Of a stretch of 64,000 nucleotides of DNA, positions 1 through 13,331 are shown piece after piece. A program made the position numbers and the translations under genes. This DNA comes from Eledone cirrhosa (Eukaryota). The stretch spans positions 20,336,001-20,400,000 of the forward strand of contig OZ024766.1 of the NCBI GenBank assembly GCA_964016885.1, read 5' to 3'. The number at the start of each line of letters is the position of its first letter. Position 1 is the first letter of the stretch. The notes beneath the pieces were generated by a model that was not told the DNA's origin, did not search any database, and saw nothing but the letters and a program-made list of their open reading frames with translations.

Positions 1-1247
1 TGTGACAATACAATAGTATATATAGAGTAATGTAAATGTTATGTGAGATATTATGTGAGGTAAAGCCTTTACTGTGACAATACAATAGTATATATAGAGT
101 AATGTAAATGTTATGTGAGATATTATGTGAGGTAAAGCCTTTACTGTGACATTACAATAGTATATATAGAGTAATGTAAATGTTATGTGAGATATTATGT
201 GAGGTAAAGCCTTTACTGTGACAATACAATAGTATATATAGAGTAATGTAAATGTTATGTGAGATATTATGTGAAGTAAAGCCTTTACTGTGACAATACA
301 ATAGTATATATAGAGTAATGTAAATGTTATGTGAGGTATTATGTGAGGTAAAGCCTTTACTGTGACAATACAATAGTATATATATAGTAATGTAAATGTT
401 ATGTGAGGTAAAGCCTTTACTGTGACAATACAATAGTATATATAGAGTAATGTAAATGCTATGTGAGGTATTATGTGAGGTAAAGCCTTTACTGTGACAA
501 TACAATAGTATATATAGAGTAATGTAAATGTTATGTGAGATATTATGTGAGGTAAAGCCTTTACTGTGACAATACAATAGTATATATAGAGTAATGTAAA
601 TGTTATGCGAGATATTATGTGAGGTAAAGCCTTTACTGTGACAATACAATAGTATATATATAGTAATGTAAATGTTATGTGAGGTAAAGCCTTTACTGTG
701 ACAATACAATAGTATATATAGAGTAATGTAAATGCTATGTGAGGTATTATGTGAGGTAAAGCCTTTACTGTGACAATACAATAGTATATATAGAGTAATG
801 TAAATGTTATGTGAGGTATTATGTGAGGTAAAGCCTTTACTGTGACAATACAATAGTATATATAGAGTAGTGTAAATGTTATGTGAGATATTATGTGAGG
901 TAAAGCCTTTACTGTGACAATACAATAGTATATATAGAGTAATGTAAATGTTATGTGAGGTATTATGTGAGGTAAAGCCTTTACTGTGACAATACAATAG
1001 TATATATAGAGTAATGTAAATGTTATGTGAGGTATTATGTGAGGTAAAGCCTTTACTGTGACAATACAATAGTATATATAGAGTAGTGTAAATGTTATGT
1101 GAGATATTATGTGAGGTAAAGCCTTTACTGTGACAATGTGACAATACAATAGTATATATAGAGTAATGTAAATGTTATGTGAGGTATTATGTGAGGTAAA
1201 GCCTTTACTGTGACAATACAATAGTATATATAGAGTAATGTAAATGT
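1..1247. repeat. 72-bp minisatellite (TTATGTGAGGTAAAGCCTTTACTGTGACAATAC...), with some 60-bp deletion units
   Basis: Direct tandem periodicity; same family as 14210 and 18315. Confidence 0.95.
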
Positions 1248-1441
1248 AGGTATGAGGGGGCCAGTTAAAGTCAGTTTGAACAGAGATTAAATTATAATCT
1301 TCCAACATAATTTGCTGGATCTCGGACTAAACAACAACAGAAGGACTACTCGCCACCACAACTGACCTAGGGCTAAACAACAACAGCAGCAGCAGAAGAA
1401 GTAGCAGTGGCGACATTCTAACCATGACCATCCTTACTTAC

Positions 1442-1517
1442 CAAGCTTCTTCTTGACTTAAGACTTCAGGTTCTGTGAACAGATTCAGACATTGGTCCAA
1501 GGAAATGTCCCCACTAT
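1442..1517 (-). CDS. USP19: USP19-like exon 24 (SGDISLDQCLNLFTEPEVLSQEEAW); gene continues beyond window start
   Basis: LDQCLNLFT.PEVL..EEAW motif; phase 1-2. The His/Asp boxes are not in this window. Confidence 0.93.
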
Positions 1518-1544
1518 CTGCAACAACAACAACAACAGCAGCAA

Positions 1545-2390
1545 TAATAAATGTTTCTACTTTTGGGGGCACAAGGCCAACAATTACCCCAGTGTATTAC
1601 TGGTACTTTATTTTACTGACCCCCATAATAACTGTTTCTACTTTTGGGGGGCACAAGGCCAGCAATTACCCCAGTGTATTACTGGTACTTTATTTTACTG
1701 ACCCCCGTAATAAATGTTTCTACTTTGGGGGGCACAAGGCCAGCAGTTACCCCAGTGTATTACTGGTACTTTATTTTACTGACCCCCGTAATAAATGTTT
1801 CTACTTTGGGGGGCACAAGGCCAGCAATTACCCCCAGTGTATTACTGGTACTTTAGTTTACTGACCCCGTAATAATTGTTTCTACTTTGGGGGGGGGGGC
1901 ACAAGGCCAGCAATTACCCCAGTGTATTACTGGTACTTTAGTTTACTGACCCCGTAATAACTGTTTCTACTTTTGGGGGCACAAGGCCAGCAATTACCCC
2001 AGTGTATTACTGGTACTTTATTTTATCAACCCCGTAATAACTGTTTCTACTTTTGGGGGGCACAAGGCCAGCAATTACCCCAGTGTATTACTGGTACTTT
2101 ACTTTATTAACCCCGTAATAATTGTTTCTACTTTTGGGGGGCACAAGGCCAGCAATTACCCCAGTGTATTACTGGTACTTTATTTTATCGACCCCGTAAT
2201 AATTGTTTCTACTTTTGGGGGGCACAAGGCCAGCAATTACCCCCAGTGTATTACCGGTACTTTATTTTTTATCCCCCCCCCCCCCCCCCCCGTAAAAGGA
2301 TGAAAGGCAAAGTTAACCTCGGCGGGATTAGAACTCAGAATGGCAAGGGCCGTAACTCTATGCCGCAAAGCATGGCGTCCGACCCTCTTT
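1545..2390 (-). mobile_element. tRNA-derived SINE (head ~2290-2390) whose 3' part is amplified into ~81-bp tandem units
   Basis: B-box-like GAGTTCTAATCC and GCCTTTCATCC...AAGTACCAGT body; homologous copies at 25320-25725 and 58410-58740. Confidence 0.7.
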
Positions 2391-2423
2391 AAGTATAATA
2401 AAACCACTAGGGCCCCTACTCAC

Positions 2424-2466
2424 CGTCTAAAGACTCCAGGTGGACAGTTTCATCATCATCGCACTC
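2424..2466 (-). CDS. USP19: USP19-like exon 23 (ECDDDETVHLESLD)
   Basis: tag|GAG...G|gtgagt, phase 0-1. Confidence 0.83.
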
Positions 2467-2567
2467 CTAAAGAACAGAAAACAATGTTGGGTTATAGAGA
2501 GGTGGTAGGGCTGCCGAAAGAGCGGCCCTTTATACCCCACTCCCCCTAAAACAAGAATGGTACATAC

Positions 2568-2668
2568 CAGTTCTTTGGACTGCACCAATACAAATCGGGG
2601 CTGTCTATCGTTGTTCTGCCAGTCCATGGCAAGGAACCTTTTGTTCTTCAAATCGAGGGGTTCATCGC
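2568..2668 (-). CDS. USP19: USP19-like exon 22 (DEPLDL...WQNNDR...FVLVQSKEL)
   Basis: Resembles USP19 W.NN.R...FVLV.SKEL; phase 1-0. Confidence 0.9.
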
Positions 2669-2761
2669 CTGCAAACATGGAATAGGGGACGACAAGAAAT
2701 GGTTGGAAGTCTTTACGAGGGGCCGGTTGATGTGTTAGAAATAGAAGTCAAATGACCAGCA

Positions 2762-4163
2762 TCTCACTCTTAGACACAGACACACAATAAATGGTTAGCG
2801 GAACGTAACTTGACAAAGGTCTGTCACTCTTAGACACAGACACACAATAAATGGTTAGCGGAACGTAACTTGACAAAGGTCTGTCACTCTTAGACACAGA
2901 CACACAATAAATGGTTAGCGGAAGGTAACTTGACAAAGGTCTGTCACTCTTAGACACAGACACACAATAAATGGTTAGCGGAAGGTAACTTGACAAAGGT
3001 CTGTCACTCTTAGACACAGACACACAATAAATGGTTAGCGGCAGGTAACTTGACAAAGGTCTGTCACTCTTAGACACAGACACACAATAAATGGTTAGCG
3101 GAAGGTAACTTGACAAAGGTCTGTCACTCTTAGACACAGACACACAATAAATGGTTAGCGGAACGTAACTTGACAAAGGTCTGTCACTCTTAGACACAGA
3201 CACACAATAAATGGTTAGCGGAAGGTAACTTGACAAAGGTCTGTCACTCTTAGACACAGACACACAATAAATGGTTAGCGGAAGGTAACTTGACAAAGGT
3301 CTGTCACTCCTAGACACAGACACACAATAAATGGTTAGCGGAACGTAACTTGACAAAGGTCTGTCACTCTTAGACACAGACACACAATAAATGGTTAGCG
3401 GAACGTAACTTGACAAAGGTCTGTCACTCTTAGACACAGACACACAATAAATGGTTAGCGGAACGTAACTTGACAAAGGTCTGTCACTCTTAGACACAGA
3501 CACACAATAAATGGTTAGCGGAACGTAACTTGACAAAGGTCTGTCACTCTTAGACACAGACACACAATAAATGGTTAGCGGAAGGTAACTTGACAAAGGT
3601 CTGTCACTCTTAGACACAGACACACAATAAATGGTTAGCGGAACGTAACTTGACAAAGGTCTGTCACTCTTAGACACAGACACACAATAAATGGTTAGCG
3701 GAAGGTAACTTGACAAAGGTCTGTCACTCTTAGACACAGACACACAATAAATGGTTAGCGGAAGGTAACTTGACAAAGGTCTGTCACTCTTAGACACAGA
3801 CACACAATAAATGGTTAGCGGAAGGTAACTTGACAAAGGTCTGTCACTCTTAGACACAGACACACAATAAATGGTTAGCGGAACGTAACTTGACAAAGGT
3901 CTGTCACTCCTAGACACAGACACACAATAAATGGTTAGCGGAAGGTAACTTGACAAAGGTCTGTCACTCTTAGACACAGACACACAATAAATGGTTAGCG
4001 GAACGTAACTTGACAAAGGTCTGTCACTCTTAGACACAGACACACAATAAATGGTTAGCGGAACGTAACTTGACAAAGGTCTGTCACTCTTAGACACAGA
4101 CACACAATAAATGGTTAGCGGAAGGTAACTTGACAATGGTCTGTCACTCTTAGACACAGACAG
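2762..4163. repeat. 60-bp minisatellite, ~23 near-identical units
   Basis: Line-by-line identity; main variant is GGAAC/GGAAG. Confidence 0.97.
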
Positions 4164-7100
4164 ACCTTTGTTAAGTTATGTCCCAGTAGAAATATGGTAA
4201 TGGAAGGGTTAAAGTGTTTATATTTGTGTAAGAACCTTTGTTAAGTTATGTTCCATTAGAAATATGGTAACAACCTTTGTTAAGTTATGTTCCATTATAA
4301 ATATGGTAATGAAAGGGTTAAAGTGTTTATATTTATGTAAGAACCTTTGTTAAGTTATGTCCCATTAGAAATATGGTAACAACCTTTGTTAAGTTATGTT
4401 CCATTATAAATATGGTAATGAAAGGGTTAAAGTGTTTATATTTATGTAAGAACCTTTGTTAAGTTATGTTCCATTAGAAATATGGTAACAACCTTTGTTA
4501 AGTTATGTTCCATTATAAATATGGTAATGAAAGGTTAAAGTGTTTATATTTATGTAAGAACCTTTGTTAAGTTATGTTCCACTAGAAATATGGTAATGAA
4601 AGGGTTAAAGTGTTTATATTTATGTAAGAACCTTTGTTAAGTTATGTTCCACTAGAAATATGGTAATGAAAGGGTTAAAGTGTTTATATTTATGTAAGAA
4701 CCTTTGTTAAGTTATGTTCCACTAGAAATATGGTAATGAAAGGGTTAAAGTGTTTATATTTATGTAAGAACCTTTGTTAAGTTATGATCCATTAGAAATA
4801 TGGTAACAACCTTTGTTAAGTTATGTTCCATTAGAAATATGGTAAGAACCTTTGTTAAGCTATGTTCCACTAGAAATATGGTAACAACCTTTGTTAAGTT
4901 ATGTTCCATTAGAAATATGGTAATGAAAGGGTTAAAGTGTTTATATTTATGTAAGAACCTTTGTTAAGTTATGTCCCATTAGAAATATGGTAACAACCTT
5001 TGTTAAGCTATGTTCCACTAGAAATATGGTAACAACCTTTGTTAAGTTATGTTCCACTAGAAATATGGTAAGAACCTTTGTTAAGCTATGTCCCACTAGA
5101 AATATGGTAATGAAAGGGTTAAAGTGTTTATATTTATGTAAGAACCTCTGTTAAGTTATGTCCCACTAGAAATATTCAAATGAAAGGGTTAAAGTGTTTA
5201 TATTTATGTAAGAACCTTTGTTAAGCTATGTTCCACTAGAAATATGGTAATGAAAGGGTTAAAGTGTTTATATTTATGTAAGAACCTTTGTTAAGCTATG
5301 TTCCACTAGAAATATGGTAATGAAAGGGTTAAAGTGTTTATATTTATGTAAGAACCTCTGTTAAGTTATGTCCCACTAGAAATATTCAAATGAAAGGGTT
5401 AAAGTGTTTATATTTATGTAAGAACCTTTGTTAAGTTATGTTCCACTAGAAATATGGTAATGAAAGGGTTAAAGTGTTTATATTTATGTAAGAACCTTTG
5501 TTAAGCTATGTTCCATTGGAAATATGGTAACAACCTTTGTTAAGTTATGTTCCACTAGAAATATGGTAATGAAAGGGTTAAAGTGTTTATATTTATGTAA
5601 GAACCTTTGTTAAGTTATGTTCCATTAGAAATATGGTAATGAAAGGGTTAAAGTGTTTATATTTATGTAAGAACCTTTGTTAAGTTATGTTCCATTAGAA
5701 ATATGGTAACAACCTTTGTTAAGTTATGTTCCACTAGAAATATGGTAATGAAAGGGTTAAAGTGTTTATATTTATGTAAGAACCTTTGTTAAGTTATGTT
5801 CCATTAGAAATATGGAAATGAAAGGGTTAAAGTGTTTATATTAATGTAAGAACCTTGGTTAAGTTATGTTCCATTAGAAATATGGTAATGAAATGGTTAA
5901 AGTGTTTATATTTATGTAAGAACCTCTGTTAAGTTATGTTCAATTAGAAATATGGTAATGAAAGGGTTAAAGTGTTTATATTTATGTAAGAACCTCTGTT
6001 AAGTTATGTTCCATTAGAAATATGGCAATGAAAGGGTTAAAGTGTTTATATTTATCTAGGAACCTTTGTTAAGTTATGTTCCATTAGAAATATGGTAATG
6101 AAAGGGTTAAAGTGTTTATATTTATCTAAGAACCTTTGTTAAGTTATGTCCCATTAGAAATATGGTAATGAAAGGGTTAAAGTGTTTATATTTATGTAAG
6201 AACCTTTGTTAAGCTATGTTCCATTAGAAATATGGTAACAACCTTTGTTAAGTTATGTTCCACTAGAAATATGGTAACAACCTTTGTTAAGTTATGTTCC
6301 AGTAGAAATATGGTAACAACCTTTGTTAAGTTATGTTCCAGTAGAAATATGGTAAGAACCTTTGTTAAGTTATGTTCCACTAGAAATATGGTAACAACCT
6401 TTGTTAAGTTATGTTCCACTAGAAATATGGTAAGAACCTTTGTTAAGTTATGTTCCACTATAAATATGGTAATGAAAGGGTTAAAGTGTTTATATTTATG
6501 TAAGAACCTTTGTTAAGCTATGTTCCATTAGAAATATGGTAACAACCTTTGTTAAGTTATGTTCCACTAGAAATATGGTAACAACCTTTGTTAAGTTATG
6601 TTCCAGTAGAAATATGGTAACAACCTTTGTTAAGTTATGTTCCAGTAGAAATATGGTAAGAACCTTTGTTAAGTTATGTTCCACTATAAATATGGTAATG
6701 AAAGGGTTAAAGTGTTTATATTTATGTAAGAACCTTTGTTAAGCTATGTTCCATTAGAAATATGGTAACAACCTTTGTTAAGTTATGTTCCACTAGAAAT
6801 ATGGTAACAACCTTTGTTAAGTTATGTTCCACTAGAAATATGGTAACAACCTTTGTTAAGTTATGTTCCACTAGAAATATGGTAAGAACCTTTGTTAAGT
6901 TATGTTCCACTAGAAATATGGTAACAACCTTTGTTAAGTTATGTTCCACTAGAAATATGGTAACAACCTTTGTTAAGTTATGTTCCACTAGAAATATGGT
7001 AAGAACCTTTGTTAAGCTATGTTCCACTAGAAATATGGTAAGAACCTTTGTTAAGTTATGTTCCACTAGAAATATGGTAACAACCTTTGTTAAGTTATGT

Positions 7101-8650
7101 TCCACTAGAAATATGGTAACAACCTTTGTTAAGTTATGTTCCACTAGAAATATGGTAACAACCTTTGTTAAGTTATGTTCCACTAGAAATATGGTAACAA
7201 CCTTTGTTAAGTTATGTTCCACTAGAAATATGGTAACAACCTTTGTTAAGTTATGTTCCACTAGAAATATGGTAACAACCTTTGTTAAGTTATGTTCCAC
7301 TAGAAATATGGTAAGAACCTTTGTTAAGTTATGTTCCACTAGAAATATGGTAAGAACCTTTGTTAAGTTATGTTCCACTAGAAATATGGTAACAACCTTT
7401 GTTAAGTTATGTTCCACTAGAAATATGGTAACAACCTTTGTTAAGTTATGTTCCACTAGAAATATGGTAATGAAAGGTTAAAGTGTTTATATTTATGTAA
7501 GAACCTTTGTTAAGCTATGTTCCACTAGAAATATGGTAATGAAAGGGTTAAAGTGTTTATATTTATGTAAGAACCTTTGTTAAGCTATGTTCAATTAGAA
7601 ATATGGTAATGAAAGGGTTAAAGTGTTTATATTTATGTAAGAACCTTTGTTAAGTTATGTTCCACTAAAAATATGGTAAGAACCTTTGTTAAGCTATGTT
7701 CCATTAGAAATATGGTAACAACCTTTGTTAAGTTATGTTCCACTAGAAATATGGTAATGAAAGGTTAAAGTGTTTATATTTATGTAAGAACCTTTGTTAA
7801 GCTATGTTCAATTAGAAATATGGTAATGAAAGGGTTAAAGTGTTTATATTTATGTAAGAACCTTTGTTAAGTTATGTTCCACTAAAAATATGGTAAGAAC
7901 CTTTGTTAAGCTATGTTCCATTAGAAATATGGTAACAACCTTTGTTAAGTTATGTTCCACTAGAAATATGGTAATGAAAGGGTTAAAGTGTTTATATTTA
8001 TGTAAGAACCTTTGTTAAGCTATGTTCAATTAGAAATATGGTAATGAAAGGGTTAAAGTGTTTATATTTATGTAAGAACCTTTGTTAAGTTATGTTCCAC
8101 TAAAAATATGGTAAGAACCTTTGTTAAGCTATGTTCCATTAGAAATATGGTAACAACCTTTGTTAAGTTATGTTCCACTAGAAATATGGTAATGAAAGGG
8201 TTAAAGTGTTTATATTTATGTAAGAACCTTTGTTAAGCTATGTTCAATTAGAAATATGGTAATGAAAGGGTTAAAGTGTTTATATTTATGTAAGAACCTT
8301 TGTTAAGTTATGTTCCACTAAAAATATGGTAAGAACCTTTGTTAAGCTATGTTCCATTAGAAATATGGTAACAACCTTTGTTAAGTTATGTTCCACTAGA
8401 AATATGGTAATGAAAGGTTAAAGTGTTTATATTTATGTAAGAACCTTTGTTAAGCTATGTTCAATTAGAAATATGGTAAGAACCTTTGTTAAGTTATGTT
8501 CCACTAGAAATATGGTAAGAACCTTTGTTAAGCTATGTTCCATTAGAAATATGGTAAGAACCTTTGTTAAGCTATGTTCCATTAGAAATATGGCAACGAA
8601 AGGGTCAAAGTGTTTATATTTATGTAGGAACCTTCATTAAGTTATGTTCC
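4164..8650. repeat. Composite AT-rich satellite of 70-bp and 39-bp units containing the MITE-like end GAAAGGGTTAA
   Basis: Tandem periodicity; same family at 22262-22845, 32598-33260, 57600-58135 and 60875-61125. Confidence 0.93.
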
Positions 8651-8656
8651 ACTCAC

Positions 8657-9944
8657 CTTTGTCTTCGAGCCGGAGGCCGTTGAAGCCGTTTATTTCGTTG
8701 CCGTCCTGGCAGACGGGCTTGACGAGGAAGAGGGCCGGCGCGGGGTCGTGCGGCCGCAGGTCCTCGCTCTGCAGGCCGAGCACGGCGGAGGTGGGCAGCT
8801 GCGAGCGGGCGCCCCCCGAGCACGACGCGGCAGATGTGTGGCCGCCGCCGCCCGCCGCCGCCGCGTGCGCGCGCTCCGGCGGAGGCGGCGGAGGAGGGGG
8901 CGGCTGGGCCCCCGCGGAGGAGAGGAGCTGGAGGGAGGCTGCGTCGCCGCTGCCGGCAAGGGCCTGCTGCTGCTGCTGCTGCTGCTGTTGAGGGCCGCCG
9001 CTCCCCGCCGAGGAGGTGGATGCAGCGGCGGTGGAGTTTTTGGAGGAGGTTTCGGCGCTGGATGGTGGCGGTGGCGGTGTGGTCGAACGGGAGGGGAAAG
9101 AAGAGGAGGAGGAGGAGGCGGCGGGGGAGGGGGAGGGCCGGCGGCGCCAGTCCTCCACCACCCCCACCATGGCCTCCTCCTCCCCGTCGCCGTCCGCCTC
9201 GGAGCGCCGCCCCTCCGCCGCCGCCGCCGGCGCGTACTCGGCCAGCGACAGCGGGGGCAGCGGCGGGTAGGAGTCGCCCGACGGCGTGAGGGCGGGCATG
9301 GTGGGGCTCACCGCGCCGCCGCTGGGTGGCGGCGGCAGCGGCGGCGGGGGCGGGGGCGGCGGCGGGATGGAGCCGTGCTGCGACAGGAGCAGGGGAGGCT
9401 GGGCCGCCGGGGACGAAGGGGAGAAGGAGGAGGGGGGCGAATGGCGGGGCAGGTGGTGGTAGTGGTGGTGGTGGTGGAGCGAGCCCGAGGAGGACTGCGG
9501 GGATGCGGGAACGGGGGGAAGAGGAGGAGGAGGGGAGGGAGAGGGCATGTGAGAGAGGAGGAGCCCGCCGGGCGCGGCGAATCTTTCCGTGGCGGGCGGC
9601 GGCGCCGCCCCCCGCGTCGAGGAGCCGCCGCCGCCGCCGCCGCCGCTGCGCCACCTCTGGCCCTTCCGCTTTCTCCTGCCCCCGCCGCTCACCCTGACCC
9701 CGCCACTAACCCTCACATCATCATCATCGTCGTCTTCCTCTTCACCGCCGCTGCCGGCGCCCTCGTCGCCGCGGCAACGCCGGCCGCAGGGGCCGCCGCC
9801 GCCGCCGCCGCCGGCGTTGGGGGGCGTCGGGGTGGCGGCGGACACCATCATCTCGTCTCCGTGGCGATCGCCATTGCAGCCTACATCATCATCATCGTCG
9901 TCGTCGTCGTCGGCGTCCCCTTCGTAGGCCCCGCCGCCGCCGCC

Positions 9945-9976
<32 letters not shown>

Positions 9977-10530
9977 CGCCGCCCGAGCGCCCGCCCTCGG
10001 CGTCGCCGTCGTCGGGGGCGACGTCGGCCATGTTGGTCTCGGGGTCGGCGGTGAGGGTGCAGGCGCTGCTGTACGACGCTTGGCTGTCCAGGCTGCTCAG
10101 GCTCCCCGAAGACTGGCTGCTGGCCGAGCTGAGCCCGGATGGCGCAACGGGGGGGCCGCCGCCGCCGCCGCCGCCGCCGCCGCCCGTCACGGACGCCGAC
10201 GAGAGCTTCGTGGTGGTGGTGGTGGTGGTGGCCGCGCAGCAGGAGGAGGAGGAGGGGAGGAGGAGGAGGGGGGGCAGCCCCGGGGTCGGCGCGGCAACGG
10301 TGCCGACGGAGGAGGACAGCGAGGAGGAGGAGGAGGAGGGAACGGAGGAGGAGGAGCAGGAAGAGGAGGAGGAGGAGGAGGAACAGCAGGAGGCCGTCGC
10401 CGTGGACGACGACGACGACGAGGAGGAGGAGGAGAGTGGGGACGGGGACTGGGATGCCGTCGGCGTTGCCATGGGCGCCGTGGAGGAGACGTCTGCCTTG
10501 ACTGGGGGCTGGAACACATTGACGGAGTAC
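8657..10530 (-). CDS. USP19: USP19-like exon 21, 1874-nt GC-rich low-complexity insertion (YSVNVFQPP...RLEDKG)
   Basis: Single open frame. Ends match USP19 YSVxVFQPP and RLEDKG; phase 2-1. Confidence 0.88.
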
Positions 10531-10638
10531 CTGAAGAGAGAGAGAGAGAGAGTGAGAGTGTGTGAGACGGTCTTGCTGAATCTCCCTGAGTTGTACACCT
10601 ACGGAAATACTTTATATATATATATATATATATGTGTG

Positions 10639-10685
<47 letters not shown>

Positions 10686-10694
10686 ATATATACA

Positions 10695-10749
<55 letters not shown>

Positions 10750-10964
10750 GTTAAAAATGTACATCCACATATGTATACTGAAATACTAGTATGCATATGA
10801 ATACACACACGTATACATATGTAGATGTACCGAGTTTTTCACTGGTCACTTTACTGTGAGTGTCCAGCTATTCTGTATGTAAACACACAGACAAACCGGT
10901 TTTTAGAGTCATACTGGTTTTCGAGGAAACACCTTTCCTCTATTCTCCAGAAAGCCAGACAAGG

Positions 10965-11009
10965 AATATTGAACTAGTTTCGATGTTGTTACATCTCATC
11001 AGCAATATT
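10965..11009 (-). ncRNA. Inverted identical copy of the hammerhead motif (sense to USP19 pre-mRNA)
   Basis: Exact reverse complement of 11190-11234. Confidence 0.75.
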
Positions 11010-11189
11010 TACCTATCTTCCGGCCTTTCTAGAGAATCGTAAAAGCACATATCGTTATATGCCTTTTCTATGAAAATTAGTAGTGGGCAGACCAATTTGC
11101 ATAGAGCGTGAGTAGGTACCGGTTCAACGGAGACGATAAAAACAAATAACGAAACGAAATTAAATTCTAGAAAGGCCGGAAGATAGGTA

Positions 11190-11234
11190 AATATTGCTGA
11201 TGAGATGTAACAACATCGAAACTAGTTCAATATT
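11190..11234 (+). ncRNA. Minimal type I hammerhead ribozyme motif
   Basis: AATATTG-CTGATGA-GATG(taacaa)CATC-GAAA-CTAG-T-T-CAATATT: 7-bp stem I, 4-bp stem II, palindromic stem III, GUU site. Confidence 0.75.
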
Positions 11235-11576
11235 CCTTGTCTGGCTTTCTGGAGAATAGAGGAAAGGTGTTTCCTCAAAAACCAGTATGACTCTTAAAAA
11301 TCGGTTTGTCTGTGTGTTTACATACAGAATAGCTGGACACTCACAGTAAAGTGACCAGTGAAAAACTCGGTACATCTACATATGTATACGTGTGTGTATT
11401 CATATGCATACTAGTATTTCAGTATACATATGTGGATGTACATTTTTAACTTAATTGTTTAAGCGTCAGTCATACAAAAGTGAGTTACAAACGAAACGAA
11501 ATTTAATTTTGTTTCGTTATTTGTTTTTATATATATATACATACACACACACATATACACATTTACTGAGTACCTG

Positions 11577-11860
<284 letters not shown>

Positions 11861-11879
11861 AGCAAGGGAGATAACCCAC

Positions 11880-12017
11880 CTGGAGTAAGCTTCTAACAAT
11901 TTGCGGAGTCTGGAAAATGTTGCCCTTGACTTCGGTAGAGAGATTAGGAAAGGGCAGCCAATAGGATTACACTTGCAGGTTTCCTTGTGGCTTTCCCAGT
12001 GGGCCCTCTGACACTCC
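11880..12017 (-). CDS. USP19: USP19-like exon 20, MYND end (ECQRAHWESHKETC...IGCPFLISLP...LEAYSR)
   Basis: CQxxHWxxHKxxC motif; cag|G...AG|gtgggt, phase 2-2. Confidence 0.93.
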
Positions 12018-12048
12018 CTGAAACAGTCAATACATTTATATATATAAT

Positions 12049-12077
12049 ACTAGCAGTGGTACCCGGCTTTGCACGGG
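12049..12077 (-). mobile_element. Helitron-like 3' terminus
   Basis: Minus strand CCCGTGCAAAGCCGGG hairpin 8 nt before CTAG-T. Confidence 0.45.
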
Positions 12078-12235
12078 ATAAGGTATTTTGGAACGCGGCC
12101 CACCAACAGACCTAATCGTGGAAAAACTACATGCCTGGACAATATGTAAAGAAAATAAACTGAATACTCTGATGGCTGGATAATCTTTAAGATTTTTCAT
12201 CGATGAGGCAGGAAAAATGCAGGTTTTCACCTAAT

Positions 12236-13020
12236 GTGGGACCTCCACGACCACTTTACAGTGAGTGCTGGGTGCTTTTTTGCTGTGGCACCTCCACGAC
12301 CCACTTTACAGTGAGTGCTGGGTGCTTTTTATGCCGTGGCACCTCCACGACCACTTTGCAGTGAGTGCTGGGTGCTTTTTTGCCGTGGCACCTCCACGAC
12401 CACTTTGCAGTGAGTGCTGGGTGCTTTTTTGCCGTGGCACCTCCACGACCACTTTACAGTGAGTGCTGGGTGCTTTTTTGCCGTGGCACCTCCACGACCA
12501 CTTTACAGTGAGTGCTGGATGCTTTATTGCTGTGGCACCTCCACGACCACTTTACAGTGAGTGCTGGGTGCTTTGTTGCCGTGGCACCTCCACGTCCACT
12601 TTACAGTGTGGGCTGGGTGCTTTTTTGCTGTGGCACCTCCACGACCACTTTACAGTGAGTGCTGGGTGCTTTTTTGCCGTGGCACCTCCACGACCACTTT
12701 ACAGTGAGTGCTGGATGCTTTTTTGCCGTGGCACCTCCACGACCACTTTACAGTGAGTGCTGGGTGCTTTTTTGCCGTGGCACCTCCACGACCACTTTAC
12801 AGTGAGTGCTGGGTGCTTTTTTGCCGTGGCACCTCCACGACCACTTTACAGTGGAATGATAGGGACCCCAGTCCCTATCATCTCATTTCTACAGCTGAGT
12901 AAACTGGAGCAATGTGAAATAAAGTGTCTTGCTCAAGGTAACAACACATCACCCCGGTCTGAGGATTGAACTCACAACCTTTCGATTGCAAGCCCAATGC
13001 TCTAACCACTAAGCCATGTG
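12236..13020 (-). mobile_element. tRNA-headed CORE-type SINE with internal 49-bp tandem array (12236-12853)
   Basis: A box TGGCTTAGTGG, B box GAGTTCAATCC, CORE-like CCTTGAGCAAGACACTTTA...CAGCTGTAGAAATG; second head at 35118-35303. Confidence 0.75.
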
Positions 13021-13107
13021 TGTATATGTAAATCTTTATATATATATAATACATATAATGTGAAGGAAAGTGAGGGAGAGTCTGAGAAAAAGAGTAAAGT
13101 AACTTAC

Positions 13108-13223
13108 TGGTTGCAGTATCCTACTTTGTAACAGCGTGTACACCTTTTAAGGGGCCGACCTTCGGGAGCTTTCTTCTTGCACGACGAACAGATGGTTGAG
13201 GAGAACATCGGCATACGTACTCT
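13108..13223 (-). CDS. USP19: USP19-like exon 19, MYND zinc finger first part (CSSC...[14 protein letters not shown])
   Basis: [13 protein letters not shown] is characteristic of the USP19 MYND finger; phase 0-2. Confidence 0.93.
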
Positions 13224-13242
13224 CTGGTAGACATAGACAGTG

Positions 13243-13296
13243 GTATATATATATATATATATATATATTAGATATAGCATACATACATACACACAC

Positions 13297-13331
<35 letters not shown>

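Larger units (their letters stand above)
10744..11456. mobile_element. ~290-bp inverted repeat (10744-11033 / 11166-11456) carrying hammerheads; probable Penelope-like or retrozyme remnant
   Basis: Arms are near-identical reverse complements with a ~130-bp spacer, flanked by (TA)n. Confidence 0.6.

Noticed and set aside
2762-4163. CRISPR-like regular array (also the 48/49/72/112-bp arrays)
   Set aside because: Units are contiguous with no unique spacers, there are no cas genes, and the context is eukaryotic introns
8748-10749. Long plus-strand ORFs over exon 21
   Set aside because: Shadow frames of GC-rich coding sequence; only the minus frame has USP19 motifs and splice phases
12950-13020. 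tRNA gene
   Set aside because: A/B boxes are present but run into a CORE-like SINE body without a complete acceptor stem
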